Assembly (NCBI RefSeq): GCF_009914755.1
Contig: NC_060942.1
Strand: one strand, 5' to 3'
DNA length: 64,000 bases
Source: the human T2T-CHM13v2.0 reference genome, Homo sapiens
Shown: one piece after another, positions 54,713 through 64,000 of the stretch
Layout: every line of letters starts with the position of its first letter
How positions within the stretch are numbered: position 1 is the first letter of the stretch
Position numbers and translations under genes: made by a program
The notes under the pieces: model-generated
Told to the model about the DNA's origin: nothing
Databases searched by the model: none
The model's input: only the letters and a program-made list of their open reading frames with translations

Positions 54713-56289
54713 TATATATCTTTGATATATTGAAACCACAAAAGATGAGACATTCTATAAACTATGAAAAACTAAAACTAAAAATTAATTAAGAAAATAA
54801 TTTTACACTGTTAATAAAAGGTAACCCTGCTCACTAACCAACAAATAGGTTTCTGTTACAGGGATATATCAGTGGTAGAAAAATCCATTCCCCTACCCCC
54901 TTAAAAAAGACGTAAAATTCTTCAGATGAATAGAGTAATGTCAATTTGGTAACTCTTTGAAGGCTGTTTTAGGAGAATCAGAATTATGCAGATTCTGTAA
55001 TGAAAGTGTACAGTCACTTTCTGGCTTCATTTAAAAATACTCCACCGAAATTATTACTTTTGCAGTTAATGTGGCTGAAAATTAAAGACTGTAAATCAGC
55101 TAATCCAAAATCCACTGTATAGAAAGCATCTTGTCAGATCAAAATTGTAAGCAGAGCTCACTTGAAAGTGAGCTTTCCTCATTAATCTAAGTAAAAGTGA
55201 TGGGGTGCTTTAGAGCTGAAGAACTGACAGAATATTTCACCTGTGTTAGAAACTCAGTGTAGTGCCATAGCCCATTCAAAAGAAGAGATACTTCAATTGA
55301 ATAGCACTTAGGCTCATAATTTAAGCCCCAATCATCTTTGTATTAGTTATTTTGCATACCACGTAAACTCCTGTGCTTACTACTAACAAAATACAAAATG
55401 TGCTGGTTTTTCTTAGAGCTCCAGGACATTTCAGATCACTTAGCAAAGACTTGTCCAAATGAGGTATATATCATTTGAATTTCTAAGGCTGGTTTACATT
55501 TATTTTTTATAAGAATAATAACTTTAAAAGCTCAAATGGTAACAACACCTGCTAGTGTTAAATATTTACTTGTATGTGAAAATTATAATGCAAAAAGTTC
55601 TGAAAGGTTTTGTTGTTTCAAGTTATGCATTCATGTTAGGCTCTTCTGTTTATAAAAATAATGCAAGTTTCTCTTGATCATACAGATTTTCTTATATGTG
55701 AATTGTCTAGTTTTAAGAGATTAATTTACACAAAACAATAGGTTAATATTTTTAATTCACAATTCTAATACATCCTTCATACTTCCTACAAAATGAAATT
55801 AATAAAGTGCAAACTATTTAAAGCATATCAGTGGCTTGCAGCACTGACTATAAGCTTTTTTGCTTGTCAAACATAGCTCTTCAGATACACCTCAACTTCA
55901 TTGTCTAGTTTTTCTACCATTTCCCATGCTTGAGTGCTATTAAACACTTGATTTCCTTGTAGTTTATTCACATGTCTGCTGTTTTATTAGTAATTGTGAG
56001 AAGCAGAAAATATTGAAAAGAGAGAGAAAAAGAAACTAAAGTCAAGACTGATATACGGTAATGTGTGTATACATATGTATGTGTATGTATATTTGGGTAT
56101 ATAGTAGGTAATATATCAAGTAATATAAAGTATGTTTATATTACCTGGTAAATTATATACTTCTATAATTATACATTTATATAAGTATATATATAATTAT
56201 ATTTGTATATCAGGTTACATAAAGTATATTTGTATATAAAGACATATCTACTAAATATTTGAAAAATATTTCTTAAGTGTTTTATTATT

Positions 56290-56865
56290 TATTCCTAACT
56301 CAATTCTCTTGTGATCAGGTAAAATACTTTATATTATTTCAATCCTTTTAGGATTTATTGAGATTCGCTTTAAGACCTAGCATACATTCTCTCCTGTAAA
56401 TTGTCTCATGGGTGCTTGAAAAGAATGTACTCATCTCTGGTTGGATGGAGTGTTTCATAGACATCGGTTGAAGTTGGATGATAGAGTTTTTCACTTGCTA
56501 ATTTTCTACCTGGTTATTCTGTAAATTACTGAGCTTAGCGTATTGAAATCTCTAAGTAGAATTGTGAAATTGTCTAAGTATCTTTTCAATTTTGAGTTTT
56601 AATTTCATATATTTTACAGCTCTGTTATTTGATGCTTATGTATTTATAATTTATGTTTGCCTAATATATTTATTCTTTTATCACTACAAATGCTCTCTTG
56701 TTTCTGGTAATATTTTTGTCCTACAGTCTATTTTGCTTTGTTATTTTAGCTCTCCAGAGCCAAGATTTTTGTTTGTATGGTGTATTTTATTCTTTTTGTT
56801 TTCTTTTTTTTACTTTTAGCCTATTTGTAACTTTGAATTCTTGTGTCAGGTACACATTACATAGT
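56290..56865 (-). mobile_element. Old L1M ORF2 5' fragment
   Basis: tttattgagattcgctttaagacctagcat..gtgcttgaaaagaatgtac..tattgaaatctc. Confidence 0.7.
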
Positions 56866-56869
56866 GTGT

Positions 56870-57353
56870 TGTGGTGTGTTAGGATTTTCCAGAGAAGAGA
56901 ATCAATTGTATAGATGGCAGATACATACATAGATAAATAGATAGATAGACATTTATTTTGTGAATTGGCTTAAATAATCATGGTGGGTGAGAAATGCTAC
57001 AAAGTGCAATCTGCAGGCTGGAGAACCAAGAAAGCAGGTAGTATAATGCAGTTTGAGTCCCAAAGCATGAGAACCAGGAGAACAGAGTCTAAGAGCAAGA
57101 GAAAATGGATGTCCTTGTTCAAAAAGAGAGAATGAACTGGTTCTTCCTTGATATTTTTGTTGTCTTCATGCCTTCAACAAATTTGATGATGCTGCCCACA
57201 TTAGTGAGGGCCTATCTTCTTTACTCAGGCTACCCATTCAAATGCTAATCTCTTCTGGAAATGTCCTGACAAGCAAACCCAAACATAATATTTTACCAGC
57301 TATCTGGGCATCCCTTAGCCCAGTCAAGTTGACACATACAATTGACCATCACA
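56870..57353 (-). mobile_element. ERVL LTR, MLT2B-like
   Basis: ttccagaga..tctgcaggctggagaaccaagaaagc..ttcaaatgctaatctcttctggaaa..gcccagtcaagttgacacatacaattgaccatcaca. Confidence 0.92.
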
Positions 57354-57802
57354 AGTCAAAACTTGATTTTTCATCCTGTCATAGACAATGTGTGAAAGGA
57401 AATGAATAGGGAGGAAACTAATGTATGGGCAATTCTTAATTCTCATGGAAGCATAGAAAAAAAGAGAGTATGAGGAACCCAGAAACAAAGTGAAGAAGAA
57501 AGATACAAAGCCCCAAGAAGCATGTCAAAAGTCTAGGAAATTGTGAGAAACACCAGGCTAGGGAAATACTTTGTATCAAAAATAATGGCAACTACATTTT
57601 AGAGCTTACATTAAATGTGAAGTTGTTTCTTTGGTAGCATAAGATTACATTCCAATTATACCCGTACATTTTAATAAAGCTATTCTACACAATTCTATCT
57701 TGGAGGTCTTATTAAAAACAGAATCACATGAATGTGTAACAAAAGTAGCTGGTGAGAGAAAATATATGGATCAAGACCCCAAAATAACAAAATAACAGGT
57801 AA

Positions 57803-58171
<369 letters not shown>

Positions 58172-59599
58172 TCACATTTATTCCCACAAAACATGTCCCT
58201 GGTTATCTAAACTCTTCACAGATTGTAAAGTAGTGATTCAGGATGCCTTCTTAGTATATTCTAGGAAAGATGCCAAGAAGGCCTGATGCTTGCATAAGAT
58301 TCAGTGAACCCTAAGAGAGACACTGTACTAAAATATTTTCCCTCCCTCTATGGAATAACTGTGTTTCTGATTAGACGTCATGTATTGATGATTCAATAGT
58401 TTTTTTTTTTTTTTTGGTGGGGGCACTATCCCAATAGATCTAATATTTGCTTTGATATTACTCTAATTCTAGAAGTTCTAAAATGCTACACATATGGCTT
58501 CAGGGATTTAAAAATAATGAATTTTTTTCTTCAATGCTACATCTGGCCTTGGATCTTCGATGTTTAAGTAAAATTTGTTTTATTTATCACATTTTCTATT
58601 GTTAAAATGATTTTATGTTTTCAATAAAAATAATTTGATGGTATGACCAGGGAATTCTAAATTCTAGTATGGAAAAATTTAAACCTCTTGTTTTTAAATA
58701 CTTTCCTTATAAAGACATGTTCATGTGAAAGAATAATCTTTTTATTCAGCAGTGGAAATGTTACATTGGAAATAATAAGGTTTAATTGGGTATAACATTA
58801 TTTATTTTGACATGAAAACAAATTTAAGGATAGAAAATAGAACAGTCAGCAAAAAATATTAAGTCAAATATCTGGTGCCAGAAGCTCTCCTGGTCCTTTA
58901 GAACACTGGCCTACAACAGACTGGCTAATTACACGTAGCTGAAAAAAACCCCTTCTGTTATGAAATAATGAACTCGGTAGTTTTTGCTTGTGTTTGTTTT
59001 TCCATTTGAAACATGGAGCCTTATCATAAAAACTGACAAAAATTTCCTTCAGCAACTGATTCATTTTCTGACAGATAGTCTGATAGGTGACATTTAGACC
59101 ATGAGAATAATTTCAGATTTATATATATATGTGCTTGTCTATTAGTTCATTAGTTTAATTAACAGTTCAAAAGTTTAACCATGTTTCACATGTTCTTCAC
59201 ATTTTTTTATCTGTTATCCTCTCAGGAACTAAATTCCTTCACTGATCAAAAGAAATTAAAAAAAATTATTGTGATAGTAATGTCAGCCTTTAAACATTTT
59301 CATGAATTCTTTATTTTTACTTGCCAGGAAACTCTCCATAAAATGCATATTTATAAACTGCCAGCATTTCTTTATCATAAACTGAATTTAGAATTTAAAA
59401 ATCTGCTATTGCTATAAAATACTGTATTCTCATTTTTTTAGGGTTTGTGTTTCTAAGTGGGGAGGGCCATTAAAGGAGTTCAAAAGATTAGCCCCTCTCA
59501 GAGGTCAACAGAAATAAAAGTAGAATAATTTGGTTAAATTAAATATATTCTAATATTTGCAAGTCTCCATTAGTACATTTTACTTGAGTTATTTCATAG

Positions 59600-59760
59600 T
59601 ACTTAGTGAGCATTTTCCACAGTGTTCCATTTAATTTTCACCATAATCCTGCAAGATATTTCCTAATGTTACATTTTAGAGATGTGAAAAAATGAGAAAT
59701 ATTGTGTAGCTTGCTTCAGGACTACAGGTCAGTATTCGATTTAGGTCTGTATGGCTCTAT
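59600..59760 (-). mobile_element. MIR
   Basis: catttaattttcaccataatcctg..cattttagagatgtgaaaa..aggtctgtatggctcta. Confidence 0.6.
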
Positions 59761-59768
59761 ATCATAAA

Positions 59769-59845
59769 TGTGTGTATGTGTATATATGTTTATGCACATA
59801 TCTGTGTGTGTGTGCGTGTGTTTGTGTGTGTGTGTGTGTGTGTGT
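59769..59845. repeat. Imperfect (TG)n
   Basis: Direct reading. Confidence 0.9.
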
Positions 59846-59927
59846 ACTTGATGAATTTGCTATATGATCAAGGAGGATTTATGTCTATCTACTATCTACT
59901 GTTATGGACAATTTTCTACAAGTGCAA

Positions 59928-60166
59928 TTTTTTATATTGAAAACATTTTATTGACAAATATTGTATATATTCAAGGTATACAACATGACATAGGTATACA
60001 CTGTGTAATCATTACCACAATCAGATTAACAAGTACACCCATCACCACCCATGCTTGTGCTGGCTTTGACAGTCCATGTACACCATCAACCATGCTATAC
60101 ATTAGAGCTCCTGAATCTGTTCATATTATAACTTTGACCTTTGACCAACATATTCTATTTCCACCA
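59928..60166 (-). mobile_element. L1MA (about MA9) 3' end
   Basis: ttgacaaatattgtatatattcaaggtatacaacatga..attaccacaatcag..ccatgctatacattagagctcctgaa. Confidence 0.82.
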
Positions 60167-60789
60167 CATTGTATTATTAGTTATTTTTAAGAACTGCCTT
60201 TGGGCAGTTCTTTGCCCAGAGCAATTTATTCAGCTTGATGTAGTATAAGTATCTCCTGGAGAACATCTGTAAGAGGATGGAGATGATTTATTGCCTAGGT
60301 CAACATCACAGTTTCCTCCATAAACTAGTGCAGCAAGGCAGTAATCCTTTACTATTTGCATAGCCTGTAAAACTCGCCTATTAACATAAAGTTTATCTCA
60401 AACTACCCTTGAGTTTTAATTAGCAATTAAGAAGCAGTTTTGTTCTTCTTACAAAACTTTCTCATCATAATTAGAGTAACATCTCTTTGGTTTATTGTAA
60501 GTGTTCACTTACAACCTTGGTTATCAACAAATGCTGATATATTCTCACAATCCTGTTCTGCTTTTCTTTACAAATATTCCATACTTACTGTATCTGGTAC
60601 TTTCTTTTTTGACATCTTCACCAATGCTTCTTTATCATTTTTTTTTTTTTTCAAATCTGGGTTACCAAGTATTTCCTCTTGGTAAAGCCATTCCTGTTTC
60701 TCCTAGTTCATGCTTATTTTAGTGCATTGTTTGATTGATTTTGTTTTGCTTTTTTTTAATTTGTGTCAACTTAGTGATTGATTTCCCTT

Positions 60790-61763
<974 letters not shown>

Positions 61764-62458
61764 GAAATGTCTAGTTTTTAAGCCAGGATATGATATAAAG
61801 CGTATTTTAGGAATAAGACTTTCCTCCAAATCTTGACTACAGTGAAAAAGAGCATGGTGACCTCTGGAAAGTATTTGGAGGTGAACAGAGAAGTTCATGT
61901 GCAAACGTGGCCATCAAGTGGGCTGGATGGGTGGATAGGGTCTGATGAGAATTCCACCCAGAGCTGCCCTCTGTTTTGTGCCCCCCAATTCCTCCTGAGG
62001 ATAAAAGGCAAGCCTTGTCCAATTTAAATTTGCATTGTTTCAAAGTCCAGGCAATTTATTCGTTAAAATTCTATTAGTTTTCTCAACTGCTCCCACATTG
62101 TTAGGTGAGGAAAACATTCCAGAGATTGTCATACATTTTACAAATTTGTTTCACTACCTAAATAGTGAAATGTTATGTTTAGACATTGATGATAATGTCA
62201 CAGAGAATCAAAAGTATCTCATTAATTTCAATTTAATTATCTTGAATGAAGAGATAGGCTTCTATATAACTTGAAATTATCCTACGATATTCATGCACAT
62301 TTACATTGGAAGTTGAAACAGATCTATTACTGAGCAAGGAAAATTCCTAAAAGTTTAGGAGGGAGAATTTTGAAGGTCAATACTTTTAGATCATTTTCTA
62401 GTTTCCAAAAGGATCATCTCTTAAAAGATATTTTAATATATTTTGCAGCATTTCCTAT

Positions 62459-62466
<8 letters not shown>

Positions 62467-62520
<54 letters not shown>
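62467..62520. repeat. (AT)27 pure microsatellite
   Basis: 54 nt of uninterrupted AT. Confidence 0.97.
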
Positions 62521-62528
<8 letters not shown>

Positions 62529-64000
62529 ATTGTGTTTAGGTGTCTCTCAATGTATTTATAACTAGTTTTCAGATATTTTAGCCACTACACAGACATTTCA
62601 ATTTTTACAAAAATAAATGCAAATCTAGCAACTATTGATATAGAAAATTTATGGATATAGTCACTTTTACATCAGTAAGACTCATCATGCTCCTCTAATT
62701 CATCTTCTTCTAACTCATCTCTGACACTATTGATCAATTAATCCAGGAGAGGAACATAGAGTCATTTATTTGGGTGAATAGTTCATAGATACAATAAAGG
62801 AAAGTATGTAGTTTCGTAAATTCTATTTTTTTTTAAAGAACCGGACAAAGGATCATTAATTTATTTGTAACTGGGTGATATTTCATCTAAGCAATTTTTG
62901 GACATTTTAGGTTAACAATTTTTTTTTCTTTTTGGGTGTGACAACATCAAGAATTTTCACATTATTTACAGAATTAGCAACTGTTTTCAGGTATGAAAAC
63001 AGTATCTAACTATTTCATGTGATCTCATGGAAGATGACATCATCTCTAGGGAGTCGTTGTCATTTTCAATTCCAGGAAGGGCTGGCATGCTGCCCAAGGT
63101 AAAAGGCAAAATACCATAGTCTTATCCTTAAAGCTATGGGGCAGAGCTTGACTGTTCCAATGTGGGCTTTTCCTTTTAAGCAAACTTTCACCTGAGCTTG
63201 GTAGTACTCCTCCCTTTCGAGGGCATATCTTTTACATTCTAGGCTCTCTACAATTATCTATTTCTCTAATTGCCTCTTTCACTTGTGTTTTCTCCAATTT
63301 CTGATTCCCTTTGCAGCTTGTCTGGATTTAGACTATGCATGAGCAGGAACAATAGATTCACCCCATCTGCTGGGATTCAGGCACTTCACTTTTTTTGTTG
63401 TACCTTCTGGGAACCTTACTATCTTTTGCATCTCACCCAGATTCCTGAAATCTTGTTGAATGCATTTGTAAAAATTATTTTTCTGCTAACCGTGACTATT
63501 ACAAGCCTACGTTATCAGGACAATAAGAGTAGTATGCTACCCTTGACACCTGCTCCTGTCTCAGCTCAGAAACCACAGAGGACATGGCCACAAGCAAAAT
63601 ATCAAACTGACTGAAACTATTCATATTTTTCCTGTAAGTCTTAACCTTTTAGTTAAATTACCACAAGTATTTTAAAATTTTTATATTAAAAATCAAAGAT
63701 CAGTCTGAAAATAATAACATTTTTCTTTTAATTTCTCATGTATGTTTAATTCAGAGTTACCTACTTTACATAGTCTAAGTATGACCGAAATTTATGGATT
63801 TTTTTATTTACCTGCTAAGAAATTACTTTGTTTACCTCTAACCAAAGGAAATATTAGGTCTCAACCTAATACACTTCCTTTTCAGGCAGAGAGCTATTAT
63901 CTTAAGCAGAGAAACATTCTGGGTCACTATTTTTTTAATTATTTGAACTGTATTCATTAGATGTAGTTTAAATAAATCATATTCAGATAAAAGGGGATAG

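Noticed and set aside
55155-55174. Hairpin agctcactt-ga-aagtgagct
   Set aside because: 9-bp stem only; too short for a pre-miRNA and plausible by chance in 64 kb.

Overview
AT-rich, repeat-dense primate (human-like) non-coding DNA: gene desert or deep intron of a large gene. Evidence: 14 Alu copies or fragments (about half AluY, many with intact target-site duplications), L1PA/L1PB/L1MA/L1MC/L1ME fragments, L2 and MIR relics, ERVL-MaLR LTRs (MST, THE1, MLT1), ERVL (two MLT2 LTRs plus a degraded pol/dUTPase fragment), ERV1 LTRs (MER52, MER57, MER31-like), a Tigger3b DNA transposon and many microsatellites. I find no credible protein-coding gene, RNA gene, CRISPR array or prokaryotic system; the supplied ORFs are Alu, LTR or microsatellite read-throughs or chance ORFs. 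I cannot support a previously undescribed biological system. The best second-look items are structural: an L1MA that keeps both termini but lacks most of its interior; an inverted AluY pair just downstream of a GC-rich MER52 solo LTR; a 25-bp E-box minisatellite beside a perfect 37-bp inverted repeat; and a few repeat-free, homeobox-motif-rich segments that may be enhancers. Subfamily names come from recalled consensus motifs, not a RepeatMasker run, and boundaries of old elements are approximate.
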